Assembly: GCA_051294375.1 (NCBI GenBank)
Contig: CM119267.1
Coordinates: 19,216,773-19,280,772, forward strand
Reading direction: 5' to 3'
Source: Paraspadella gotoi
Lineage: Eukaryota > Animalia > Chaetognatha
DNA length: 64,000 nt
Made by a program: the position numbers and the translations under genes. Below, piece by piece: positions 28,809 through 41,412 of this stretch. Numbering within the stretch: position 1 is the stretch's first letter; each line of letters opens with the position of its first letter. Below the pieces are notes generated by a model. That model saw only the letters and a program-made list of their open reading frames with translations. It did no database searches and was not told where the DNA came from.

Positions 28809-30048
28809 CTAATGAAGGGTTGCTGGATTTTAGTCCACCATAGTCTTCTCTTTTTCACCAGTTTTCACGATTACATATTTTCCACTTTATTGATAGCGAA
28901 GCCAGGTACTCTGGGAGTGAATAAACAAGACTGTGTCTTGATTGAAAGCTGCTATGTCATTATCTTGTAAGAGTGATGGAGGCCTTAAACCATCAAAGCC
29001 TGCCCAGAGTCAGGGGCAAGATAGCTCATTTATACACTGAATCGATAACTTTTTATATTGTTGTGCCAATTTCATAAACCATTTCGTGATGTTTTCCTCC
29101 CATTTTTTTTTTTTTTTTTTCAAATCGTCGCTTCGTCGCCGTTCCTCTCCCGCAACACGAGACACTCCAGTCGGAAAAAGACCAACCGCGAAATCAACGT
29201 TTATTCGTGGCACAATCCTTTCCTTTGTTCCTGGGAATCTTTTATCTCACAAGTCCTGGAATCTCTCTCTCCTCTCTCTTCTCTCTCTCTCCTTCTCTCT
29301 CTCTCGTCTCTCTCTCTCTCTCTCAGAAGGACAATTCTTCTTCATCGACTCATTGCAAATCTTCCTGGACTCTTTTTTTTTTTTCCTTTGGCCAAATTTC
29401 TTCCTCCCACCCAGATTCGGTTTTCCAGGTTTTCTTCCTTTTTTTTATTCCGCGAAATTTGACCCCCCCGACCACTCGGCGGGTGGGTTGGTAATTGTCT
29501 TGTGATCAATAGTAAATTTTTCTTTTGATCAATGCTGCCTTTACGATTCAAATATTAAGAGCTTCACAAATGGAAAGATTTTGAATGCGGGAAATCAGAA
29601 AAATTGGTACAATATTTAAGCCTTTCCGCTAATTATTCTAATGTAACAAAAATTAAATGGAAAAAAAGCTCTCGTGACTAATTTTCTAGCTCAATACGTG
29701 GTCACATCTTTCCTACCTTTTTTTGGTTTGTTTGTTTTTTTGTTGTTTTTTTTCTATTTTCCTTTGCCATATGTTTTAAACAACTTATGTCAGGATTTTA
29801 GAGGATTTTTCCTTTGCCCAGGTTTCTCCCCCAAAACAACCGGCGCTAGAATTTTTTCTTTTTTTTCATTTCTTTTTTTTATCTCCTATTGTTTTTCATA
29901 TTCTTTTGTATTTATTTAAGAATGAGTTTTCATCTTTTAATTCATTTAAATCTTAATCCTGCTAAATTTTAATGGCTAAATTTGTCTATAATTCCTGTCG
30001 CAATTTCAGCCAATGACGAAAGTTTTTCCCGCGATCTCAGATCCGATC

Positions 30049-30365
30049 CCATCCCCGATTCTGTATCTGACTCGATTCTGCATCTGATTCTATCCCCAAT
30101 TCTAAATCAAACTCGATTCAGCATCTGATTCCATCCCCGATTCTGCATCAAACTCGATTCTGTCTCTGATTCCATCCCCGATTCTGTATCAGACTCGATT
30201 CTGCATCTGATTCTATCCCCGATTCTGTATCAGACTCGATTCTGCATCTGATTCTATCCCAGATTTTGTGTCAGACTCGATTCTTCATCTGATTCCATCT
30301 CAGATTATGTATCAGACTCGATTCTGCATCTGATTCCATCCCAGATTCTCCATCTAATTCCATCC
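30049..30365. repeat. 41-bp minisatellite, ~7.7 copies (ccatccccgattctgtatcagactcgattctgcatctgatt)
   Basis: Directly visible periodic repeat with few substitutions. Confidence 0.95.
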
Positions 30366-30889
30366 TTTTCCTGATTTTTCTCGGGATTTTTCCTTACGAA
30401 TTTTCTCTGCCCACGAAAAGATTACCTCTCTCTCTCTTCTCTCTCTCCGATCTCTCTCTCTCTGCTCTCTCTCTCTCTCTCTCTCTCTCCCAGCTATTCA
30501 TAATAAGTTCATTTCTCCGAAACTTAGTTCCCCAAAAACCACCTGAAATTCGCTCAATGTTTCAGATCGAGTCACCCTCGTTTTAAGTTCCCTCATAAAC
30601 TGATAAGTTTTTTCGATCTTTCACCCGGCGAAGCCTAGGCTTCCTGATTTTAAGGTGAGTCATAGTCCAAACTTGGTGCAGTTTATATGTTCACAGGGCG
30701 AAAGCAAAAAAAGGAGTAATTAACCAAATAGTGTTTAATTAAAAAGAGTTTAAGAAATCAGGATGCCTCTTCAAAAGACAAACAAAAAATGTTTTTTTCC
30801 CTTCCGGTCATAAAATACAAAATTAAACGTTTACTGAAAGTGATTTTTGTCATCCCTGGAAATTGTCCAATCTGCGTCATGGTAACGAA

Positions 30890-30932
<43 letters not shown>

Positions 30933-31481
30933 CGAACATTCAAAGTCCTTTTCCCCCGACGAATTTTCATTTTATTTTCAAGTGAAGATTCTGAACGAAG
31001 ATAAGGATAAAGTGTTTGTTCGTCAGTTCACTCGTTCGCTTCGTTTCACTTATTCGCTGACGCCGACCGAAAAAAATACGGATTAAATTTTTTTTTTTTA
31101 AATTTCAACGATGACAAAAAAGGAAGTTAAAGTTATATTGTTTAATAATCAAAAGATTGTAATTCTTAAAAAAATAAAAAAAACTGTGTAATAACAAACC
31201 ATCGCTGTAAAAATTTAAAAAAAAACTTTCATTTTAAGTTTGACAACGCTCGCCATCGAGTTTTGAAGTATTATAAATATAAACATACTGAAATAATAAA
31301 AGACAAAAAGAACAAACGGTTTATTTACATATTAGAATTACTAAATGACCAATTGAACAAAGTTTTCAAAAAGGTTTTGATGCAACATTTCGCATAGAAA
31401 TCGTCAATTCAATGAGAGTTCTTGGACTGAGAGAGAAAGAGACAGAGAGAGAGACAGAGAGAGAGAGACAGAGAGAGAGAA

Positions 31482-31514
<33 letters not shown>

Positions 31515-31761
31515 GAGACAAAGAGACAGAGAGCGTGAACAACGATGAGACGCAGAATTCGTCAGGAAAGTTCGACTCAAAAAAATTTAAGCCGCAGAAA
31601 ATAAAAACCCGGCAAAATCACGAAAGAAGAGAAGGAGTAGGACGAGAAAAAAAAGGTGAGAGCTCGAAAAGTGAGTAAAAATGATGGAGATGGTGAATTT
31701 GCGATTAGGTGAGGTCGAAAATGTAGGTGAAGGCGAAAATTTGTGAGGAAGTCAAGGCCGC

Positions 31762-31839
<78 letters not shown>

Positions 31840-32405
31840 GAAATCAATTGAATTGAAATCAATTGAATTGAAATTATCGGTAAAACCGTGGAGGAATGCA
31901 ATGGTAAGATATCGCACTCAACGACCGAAAGTTTGGTCTCGGCAACAAAAAATCTCACTCCAGTGTCGTCGCCCACAATCGTCAACTTGTTCGTTCGTTT
32001 CTTCTCAACTCTCACCTCCCTTGTCCGATTCTACCCAATCCTTATTTTCTACCCGATCTTCAATCTCTGCTTTTGGTTTGGAATTTTTTCCTCTACTTTC
32101 TCAACGTCGATGGCGAACATGCGGTTTTTTTACTATTTTTAAAGCAAGGTGGTTCGAAAATTCTCAAAAAATATAGTAATATAAAATTACGTAAAATATT
32201 GTCGGAAATCGTTAAACGAGTTCCTTTTTTCCCCCTTGAATGTAAAACAATAAACTCTTCGGTCGCAGATCCCCATTAAAAAAAAAAAATTGGCAATAAA
32301 AAACGTTAAGTATTTTTCGAAACGAGTTTTGTAACTTTGGTGTTCTTGATTGCCTTCATTGCGATCGTCTTTCTGTTGGTCGTCGTCGTCGTCGTCGTCG
32401 TCATC

Positions 32406-32515
32406 ATGTTGCAATCGGATTTGGACGGAGATTGCTTGGAGTACACGGGTTTCTTGGCCACCAAACCACCGAGAAATGATCGAGATAAAATTTCAGCCTC
32501 TTTGTGGAGCCACAA
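32406..32515 (+). CDS. Candidate alternative first exon for a short Shroom isoform (MLQSDLDGDCLEYTGFLATKPPRNDRDKISASLWSH)
   Basis: ATG at 32406, open to CACAA|GTGAGT (consensus donor). Phase 2 matches the acceptor at 34325. Confidence 0.4.
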
Positions 32516-32529
32516 GTGAGTTTAAAAAT

Positions 32530-32599
<70 letters not shown>

Positions 32600-33362
32600 T
32601 TATAGCTTTCTCTCGAGTCAAGTATCGGGCGAAAATAAGAAAAACTTAATATCAGCAACAGAAAGAAAAAAAAAAGAAAAAGAAAAATGTAAAAGTACGA
32701 AAGTGATTTCGAAATTTTCCGCTCAGAGTTTTTATTGTGGTTATTTTCGTGGGTAAATTTATTCCCCAATTTTTCTGCTTCGTCGCACCTGTGGTTATTT
32801 TTTTTCTTTTTTTTTTTCTTTTTCTCTTTTTAATTCTTTTCTTTTCGCCCGAGCGAAAGAAAAAGGTGACGAATTTCTGGAATTTTATTCGATTTCACGA
32901 ACTCAATTGTCACAGAATTTCCACTGTTTTCTTCGCCGGTATTTTTTTCTCCCTTCGAGCGCATCTCTTATTCTCCTTAGTTTCTTTTCTTTTCTTTTTT
33001 TTTTTCATTTCAACCACTTTTTAACCATTTTTTTTTTCAAAAACGATTTAAATTCATTTTTTTCCGCTTAGGCGACTTGTGTTTATTTATGAAACGTTTT
33101 CGTGTGCATCCGGTTGTTTACTTGGGTGGCGCTCTGCCAAAGACGCTAAAACGTTATTTTATCGAGACTTTATCCGAGGGTATTTACAAACAAATTCTTT
33201 ATTCGTAAACAAAATGGTTGACGTATACTTTCCGAGTTAATTCCGATCGCTGTCTCGTTTCCTTCGTAGTCTTTTCCCGCCAAAGACAAAAGCAAACAAT
33301 TATTGCTTCATATGTCATTTTTTATTCTCTTTGGTCGATATTTTCGAATTCTTGAAAGTGAA

Positions 33363-33400
<38 letters not shown>

Positions 33401-33404
33401 AGAG

Positions 33405-33436
<32 letters not shown>

Positions 33437-33536
33437 GAGAAGAGAGAGGGACTGCAGGTGATCAATTGCTCTTTTTTCATGTCAATCTCAAACGCTCATT
33501 TTGTCACTTATTTTGCGACTGAGACTCTCTCTCTCC

Positions 33537-33591
<55 letters not shown>

Positions 33592-33595
33592 CTCT

Positions 33596-33634
<39 letters not shown>

Positions 33635-33954
33635 GTGGTCTCCAAAATCTTCACATGTCCGTCTACATTCTTCCACCTTTAAATCTGTCTTGTCTTCCTC
33701 TTTGTCTCCCTCCCTCGAATTTAATCAAAAAGTAAGACTCCTTCTCCACAAAGGTGGAACCGGTTTTTGTGCCAATGATTCGATTTCTCTCTCTGTTCTC
33801 TCTCTCTCTCTCTCTCTCTCTCTTTTCTCTCTTTTAATCAGGTGCGAGAGTCAGATTCGTTTTTTTCTTCTTTTTTCATTTTTCTTATTTTTTTTTTCCC
33901 ATTCGAAAGTAAAGATCAACAACCGACGACGACGACGAAGATTCGTCTCGCTCT

Positions 33955-34032
<78 letters not shown>

Positions 34033-34324
34033 TTCCTTCCTGTTAAACAGACAGGCAGCTGTCACGCGAGAAAAACGGAGAGAAGAGACAGTCCCGATCT
34101 CGCTCCCTCTTCCGGTCGTCGATCAGATCTCGTTCGCATGTTCCTCTTCAGCTTCATCGCTTCTCTCTCATTTTTCTCCACGACTCTTTCAAAATCCACT
34201 CATTCTCAAAAGTACGTCAATCCCTCCCGTCAAAACAACCCACTCTTTCCCCCTATCGTCGTAAACGTTGAAACCAAAACAAAACCTCGGCCATGTTCAT
34301 TTTTTATTCTCTCTTCGGTTCGAG

Positions 34325-35846
34325 GTTCCGCGAGGGGTCCTACATCTCCATGCGACCAAAGACGGGACGCCAAGGCTTCAACGGCTCCTACCATCGCGCC
34401 GACTCCGAGTGCGAACCCCAGGCCTCGGGCGTCTCTCCCTCTTCCTCTCTCTCCTCCTTCTCTCCCTCCTCCCTCTCCTCCTCTCCTTCTCCCCGCCGGG
34501 CCTCCTCTGTCACTCCCGCCCGGTCCCGCGCCTCGACACTCCCCGTCACTCCTGTCCAATCCTTGGCCGAATTCGCCACCGGATCCTCTTTCACTCCGCC
34601 GCCGACGCCGCCGACGCCGACGCCGCCGCGCCAGCCTCCATCGCCGCCGATTCTGATTCCGGCGCGCAGCAATGTCGTCGCGGAATCGTTTCCGGCGTCG
34701 ACTCCTTCCCCTAGTCATCTTCGTCGTCAGGAACCGCGCGGAGTGACGCCGTCGTCGCCTTCTTCTTCTTCTTCTTCTTCGTCGTCGTCCTCTGCGGCGA
34801 CGACGCCGGTCTCTGGCGTGTCGCCGCGAGGAACTCCGGAAGAATCCCAGACTTTAGGCGAAACGCCACAGACTGGTTCGTCGCTGACAACGGCGCCGAT
34901 AGAAAAACCTCCTACGCCGCCATCCCCACCGACGCAACTGGCGGTGCCAAAGCCGCCGACGCCTACGACGCCCGCCACTCCGACGGCGCTACCTATTGCG
35001 GTCGCCATTTCGACGCCGGTGTTAACCGCGACGCCGCAATCGCCACCGACGCCACCCACCGCCTCGCTACCGACGACTCCAGCTACCCCTCCGACGCCGA
35101 GAGGTGAGCGCGCCAAAATCGAGCGGACGACGTCGGCGCGGCGTCACTCGATTCCTTCAGTGTCGGCGTCGTCGTCGCAAGCGATGGATGGCGGCGACGG
35201 AAGTCAGCGAGTGACGTCGCGTCCCGTGGAGAACCGCGTTCTGGCGCAAAAGGCGATTCCCGTGCAGATGGCGCATCCGTTCTCTCACGACGGCAAGAAA
35301 CCCGAGCCGCAGTCGGCTCCCCAGCCGGCGCTGCAGCAGCAGCAGCTAGTCAAGAAGCCTGCCGCGGAGGAGGCGCCGCGCCGCGTCGTCGCTCATACGA
35401 AGGTCTCCTTCAACAACAACAAAAAACCGGAGCCTCTGGTTGCGGAGATTCCGCCAATCAGCGTCGTCGTCGTCGCCAAGAATCACCACAACAACGCCGT
35501 CAACAACATCCACAATAATAACAACAACAATCAGGCGGATTTCGTTTCCGCGAAAGACTTGATCGCCGCGGAGGCCGGCTCCAAGCCTTCGTCGATCTTG
35601 GTCGACGACGGCGACTGGACCTCCAAGGAGTCGCCGATCGAGGATCTCGAGGCCGACCTCAAGAAACCCGTCGACGTTCCGGAGGTGAAGACTACGACGA
35701 CGACGAAAACGACGACGAAGAAGACGACAGTGTCAACGTCGAAAAAGTCGATGCGAATTCCCCACCGGAGACAGAAATCCTGCGAGGAGTTGGAATACGA
35801 GGAGAAGGCGTCGGAACTCGTCCAGCACCTCAACGAGAAGGAAAAG
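34325..35846 (+). CDS. Shroom: Shroom-like large exon: S/T/P-rich disordered region ending in the ASD2 N-terminal segment (HRRQKSCEELEYEEKASELVQHLNEKEK)
   Basis: Lies within the 521-aa ORF, donor AAG|GTGAGG. The acceptor (tcttcggttcgag|) is inferred from phase and is less certain. Confidence 0.8.
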
Positions 35847-36288
35847 GTGAGGCAATAATGGAAGGTCCCGCGATCGAATCTAGTCTAGGGCAAGGTTTTT
35901 ATTTGAATATTATATTTTTGTTACTTTCAAAATCAGCCAGCTGATCCGATGCGATCGATAATTTTTACCTTTTATTTCTGATCATTTCACGTCGAAACAT
36001 TAAAAAATCTAATCTTGACAAATGACAAAAGATGACGTAAATTCAATTCTACTACGCAAAACGATTCTCCTTGATTTTCCAAGACCTTTTTTTATACATT
36101 TTTTTTAAAGTGCTAGCTATATTCGATTTAAATGAAAAAAGCAAAGAGAGCAAAAAGTAGAGAAACATTTTGTATTAAAATATGGCAAAGCCTAATCACC
36201 ACCCCACCCCTTCCACCCACACCACCCCTCAAATCACCTCCGCCCCCCTCTCCCCCCCTACCCATAACCCCCAATAAATCCCACACAG

Positions 36289-36642
36289 ATCCTCAAAGTC
36301 GTGATTTCTCCCAACGACCAACGTTCGGTTCACGACTACGTCACCGACTTGTTCCCCGACCTTCCCGCCGACACCTCTACTCCCGAACCGCCCGCCGACG
36401 GCCCGCTTCCCTCCACGGCCACGCCCACTTCCGCGACGCCGCCGACGACGCCGCCTCAGGCGCCGGCGCCGTCTCGCCTCAACGCCAAGCGCGCCAGCAT
36501 CTCGCCGCTCATTCCTCCGCTGATTCATTACACGACGCCGGAAGAGACGCTGAAGAGTCTGGAGAAGATGACCGAGGAACAGCAGGCGTTGATGGAGAGG
36601 CTGGACAACGAGGACGACGACGAGGAGTTGCATCGGCAAAAG
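36289..36642 (+). CDS. Shroom: Shroom ASD2 exon (ILKVVISPNDQRSVHDYVTDLFP...EELHRQK)
   Basis: cacacag| acceptor, AAG|GTGAGG donor, phase 0-0. The DY..dLFP motif is typical of ASD2. Confidence 0.85.
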
Positions 36643-36734
36643 GTGAGGGTCCCGGGGGGAAGAGGAGAGAGAGAGAAGGAAGAAAAAAGGAAGAAAAAAA
36701 AGAGAAAGAGAGTAATAATATGTGAAAGAGAGAG

Positions 36735-36857
<123 letters not shown>

Positions 36858-37477
36858 AGTTGTCCAACTAGTTCCATTTCCCGTCTGCATTGTCGTTCTC
36901 ATCTTGTCGGACCGGACGATCCAGATTCCGTTCCGGTCCCCTCTTGATCGTGTTCTGTAGAATCTATTTCTTGTTCTTTATTATATCTTTCTTTTCTTTT
37001 ATTTCTATATTTTTTTTTATTTCTTTCTCTTTTACTTTCTTTTTTCCTTGTTCTTTCCTTTTCGTTTTTTCTCTCTAACTTTTTCCTTTTTTTTTTAATT
37101 TTCTTTCTTTTTTTTTCCTTTCCTTTTTCTTTAGTGGTAATTTATTTGTTTCTTTTCTGTCGTTTTACTCAAACTTTTTGTTGACATAAAACAAAGTTTA
37201 CTTCACCTTTTTTACCCGTTTTTCGCTTCTTTTTTTTCCTTAATATTTTTTTCTCTTTTCTTTTTTTTTTCTTGTTGACGATCTCTCGCTTTTTCTGGTT
37301 GCCAACATTTTTTCCCTCGAAAACCAGTTTTTTTTTTTTCTATTGTTTTTTTTTTCTCAGTTCCTGTTTTCTTTTCCTCCCCTCGTTTTTCTATTTTTTA
37401 TTTTCATTCCGTTTCTTTCTTTTTTTTCCTCGCTCCTTTTTTCCTCGTCTTAATTCCGGGATTTTCCCTTCCGCCAG

Positions 37478-37588
37478 GAGGAACTGCTGGGCGTCATCAA
37501 CCGCAAACTGGGCTATCTTCGCGCCAGCGAAGAGAGGGTCAACGAGCAAATCAAGGCCAACGACGCTTACCATCAAAACATCGTTAGG
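37478..37588 (+). CDS. Shroom: Shroom ASD2 exon (EELLGVINRKLGYLRASEERVNEQIKANDAYHQNIVR)
   Basis: Aligns with the ASD2 ELI.SI.RKL..L......L...I.AN segment; canonical splice sites. Confidence 0.9.
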
Positions 37589-37958
37589 GTGAGTTGAAAA
37601 AAGGGAATGACAGTTTTCGTCGGTTGTCCGTTCGAGAGAAGGGCCTTTGGAAGAGGAAGCCTCGAAGCATTAAATTTGTTGCGTAATTAAATTCGTCCTT
37701 GGTCAACATTGGTTGTGACGATCTTTATTACGTGATTGGTTCACGCCTTTGCGAAAGATTGGACATTACCATCAGTCTGGTTAGAGTAGGGAAAGGTCCA
37801 TGGTAAGCTGTAAAGTGTATACTGTATACTGTGGCAATGATCGAGATAAGGTTCAAAGCAAGAATGAATGTATTCTTCAATAATAAGTAAAACGAGAGAA
37901 ACGGGAATAAAAGACTCTACGTCTGGTTTCACTAAGTGACCATTCGATATAACAATAC

Positions 37959-38033
<75 letters not shown>

Positions 38034-38232
38034 CTTGGTTGATACGGTTGTAACGGTTGCGTGAACAGTTCATTCGAGTTGCCACAATACTATATAATTG
38101 GGAGATATGTAACGGTTGACTGCCGGACTTTTTGACTTTTTGACCTTTTGAAGGTTTGACTGCTTGACTGCTGACTTTTTTTTTCCCCACAGAATGACTG
38201 GTTGATTAAAACGATTTGCTTTATTGGTCTTT

Positions 38233-38338
38233 CCGTCCCTCCCATGCCGTCCATCCCATGCCGTCCCTCCCATGCCTTCCCTCCCATGCCGTCCTTCCCA
38301 TGCCGTCCCTCCCATGCCTTCCCTCCCATGCCGTCCCC
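38233..38338. repeat. 14-bp minisatellite (ccgtccctcccatg) ~7.5 copies, intronic
   Basis: Directly visible repeat. Confidence 0.95.
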
Positions 38339-38775
38339 ACCGCCGTTATCATTTCTCGGACAAAAAAAAAGAGTTCATATCGTCCTTTCGAGAAATCTTA
38401 TGGATTTTTTTTTTCTTATCTTTCACTCGAGAGCCGAGGAGTCGAGACGAATCAAAGAAGTCGACCGGAAGCGAAAGAGATACCAGGCCACGCCCCATTT
38501 TTAGATTCGGCGCCATTCGACGCCGCTTTATGAATTTATAGACCGATGGTTCGGAATTGGTCATTCCTGTATTATGAGAGGTTTCGTAGCGATGCGCTTA
38601 ATCTGATGATCTTAACCCAAAATTTGGGCCAAATGCGTAATACCGAGCCTGACCAAACAGTCTGGAGTTCGCGGCCCGTTGATGACAGGGCCGAGATCCT
38701 TATTTCACTAGTTTTTCACAGTCTAAGGAGTTCTTTCAACAGTTCTGAGGCCCAACCCCCTCCAACTCCTTCCAG

Positions 38776-39021
38776 GATCTCGAAACGGCCTCCGTGAAAC
38801 CTCAAGAGGTGGAGCGCCTCCGCAACTTCGCCGACGACCTCAGCCGAGTCGTCCACACGATCGTCCTCCTCGCGGGATTCCTGGCCAAAGCCGAGAACGC
38901 CCGACTGAACTCCACCGGAGAGTCGGAGGGGGTGCTGCTGAAGAAACGCTGCGAGACGCTGCGGCGACAGCACGAGGACGCGTTGGAGCTCAAGGCCTCC
39001 ATCGACGGGCGGGGGAAGAAG
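38776..39021 (+). CDS. Shroom: Shroom ASD2 core exon (VKPQEVERLRNFADDLSRVVHTIVLLAGFLAKAENA...QHEDALELKASIDGRGKK)
   Basis: Matches the KP.E..K...FIGDLDKVV.LLLSLSGRLARVENA...QHEDAKELKENLDRR consensus; ccag| acceptor and AAG|GTGAGA donor. Confidence 0.92.
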
Positions 39022-39248
39022 GTGAGAACGGATGTGGTGAAAGGGGGGGAGGGGGTGGGTTTTTTAAATGGTGGTCAATGGGTTTTTGGAAATGAAGGTT
39101 ATGTCTACTCGAAATTTAAACTCGAATATCCTGTTAACGGACGTCACACGGAGCAACTCTATAAGTTACTTTGGAGTAGTCTGCAGTCTGTAGTCTGTCC
39201 GTCTATCTTTTTGTAACTCTTTCTATCTCTCTCTCTCTCTCTCTCCAG

Positions 39249-39368
39249 GTCCGCGAGTCCCTCTCCTCTTCCCTCTCACCATCCAAAGTCTCCGACTTCG
39301 ACGGTTTCGTCGTCAACGCGACGCGACTTCCGATTCTTCGCCACGAGCTTGTCGAGAAGATCCTTCAG
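39249..39368 (+). CDS. Shroom: Shroom ASD2 exon (VRESLSSSLSPSKVSDFDGFVVNATRLPILRHELVEKILQ)
   Basis: Matches the V...L...LS.E.L.DY.HFV.MK..L.....EL.DKI segment; canonical sites. Confidence 0.88.
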
Positions 39369-39809
39369 GTGAGGACTGAGGAGTCCATCTATGGATCGAG
39401 TGAAAAAAAAGACGTCAATAAATTATAACTTGTTTAATAAATAAATAAATTAATAGATAAATAAATGAATCACTCGCTCAACCTATAAGATGTTCAAAGT
39501 AAGAAATCAATCAATCAAATAAATAAAAAAAAACCGAATGAACGAAACGAACAATAAAAAAATTTAAAAAAACAAATAGATTAATCAAGTCACTCAACCT
39601 CTAGAAGATTCTTTAACGGAAAAGTTAATCAATCAAATAAATAGCTATATATAAATAAATGACTATAATTGTTTAATCAAGATTATTCAATCAAGATATA
39701 AAATTATCAATCAATCAAAAATCCACTAACTAATCGAATATAGAAGCCAATCAATCGATCACTTTTCGCGATAACGAAAAATGTTTTCCAAACGACTCCC
39801 TTTGCTCAG

Positions 39810-40004
39810 GCTGAGTCTCAACGCGACGCCCTGGAGGAGAGCTTGCGTCTGAGCGAGGTGGCGCGATTGAAACGACGCCGGGACGCCGACGAGGACGACG
39901 TGGCGACGTCGGCGCCGTCGACGCCGACGACGACGACGCCGGAGACGAGACGCCTGGAAGACGGCGTCGTCGTCAACGGTTCCGTCGGATATTCTCAACT
40001 GTGA
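39810..40004 (+). CDS. Shroom: Shroom terminal coding exon (AESQRDALEESL...SVGYSQL*)
   Basis: tttgctcag| acceptor. Completes the ASD2 (GEEQL..L..SL equivalent), ends TGA at 40002-40004 with a class I PDZ-ligand-like S-x-L. Confidence 0.85.
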   Translation, partial: AESQRDALEESLRLSEVARLKRRRDADEDDVATSAPSTPTTTTPETRRLEDGVVVNGSVGYSQL

Positions 40005-40303
40005 TCCTTTCTCCTTTTTTTTCTGGTTTTTTTTCCATATTTTTTATGAATATATTATATATATTTAGGTTGTTCTTTTTTTTTTAAACTAATAATTTTT
40101 TTTTCAAGATGACCAGCGACATCGCCCGGTAACTGCCCAAACTTTTCCCACACGAATTGCCTTAACGATAAATTTAAACCACTCATGTTTTCTAATTTTA
40201 CTAGATAACCGACTGTTTTTGTTATTGAACTTTTATATTTTAGGATTTAGTCAAAAACGAGAAAATTATACCGTGTTTATGTCGCTTTACTTAACAAATA
40301 GTG

Positions 40304-40394
<91 letters not shown>

Positions 40395-40767
40395 TAATAT
40401 AATTTTTAGAAGAGAGACTCTAACACTTTTAAGTTTTTCTCCCTCGCCTGTTTTTTTTTAATTTCTCAATTGTGATAATCAATTCTCATGTTCCTATCGA
40501 ACGAGGCCTTTCCGTGCGCGTAAATTTCTAAGTGTAAATTATGTCTAATTTGTCTATTTAATTATGCCTTAATATTTTTTTTTCCGCATGCAACGGAGGA
40601 AGCTCTCCCACGCTTTCCCAAGAAATATATTGTTAAATTTGAAATATTTGATCGAAGCTTGTGAATACGATGGAGTTTTGTTGATCCCCCCCGTATTTAA
40701 TTGAAATAATAAAAAGGTACTATTGATCTTGGCCAAATATTAACTATTCACGTGTCCTTTTTTTTTT

Positions 40768-40870
40768 AATAAACCTGCGATTCAATGATTATTATCTTAA
40801 TTTTTTTTTTGTAACTCGTCATCGTTTACTTCATATCAATTCTGTACATGACTGATACGAAGAAAATAAA
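40768..40870 (+). terminator. Candidate polyadenylation signals for Shroom (AATAAA at 40768 and 40865)
   Basis: AATAAA hexamers 0.8 kb after the stop with T-rich downstream sequence. The background is AT-rich, so support is weak. Confidence 0.3.
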
Positions 40871-41339
40871 ATCATACGACCAAAAGAAAATCCAACGGCT
40901 TTTTTTTTTTCTTACTATTGTTTTAGCTTACGTTTTAGAAAAGAATAAATAAATGAGATAGATTCTGTCTGAGCTGAAAAATACGAAAAAAAATTAAAAC
41001 GAGGAGTAATCCTTCAATTTTTTTTTTTTTTTAGTAATGTTACGTACATTATCGGGATGCAGTCAGGAATACATTAACAATTGTACAAACAAATTCGGAA
41101 ATAAACTTTTTTTTAGCGTTTTGCAACATTTAAAGAAACGAGAGTAAATTTCATAATTGGATTGGAGCATTTAAATTAGCTTTCGATTGCCCAAGTGCTT
41201 CGAACTGAAGGCCTAGCTTCTTTGTTTACGAACAATATTTTTTTAAAAAAATAATAATAAATGAAACGACACATCGTTACACTAAAAAACTTTGAGACTT
41301 AAAACTTTTGTTTATTAAAATTCTATCTTATCCATCGTA

Positions 41340-41412
<73 letters not shown>

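Noticed and set aside
30049-30365. CRISPR-like periodic array
   Set aside because: Head-to-tail 41-bp units without unique spacers in eukaryotic intron DNA; an ordinary minisatellite.
34230-35833. Antisense ORFs overlapping the large Shroom exon
   Set aside because: Shadow ORFs of GC-rich, low-complexity coding sequence.
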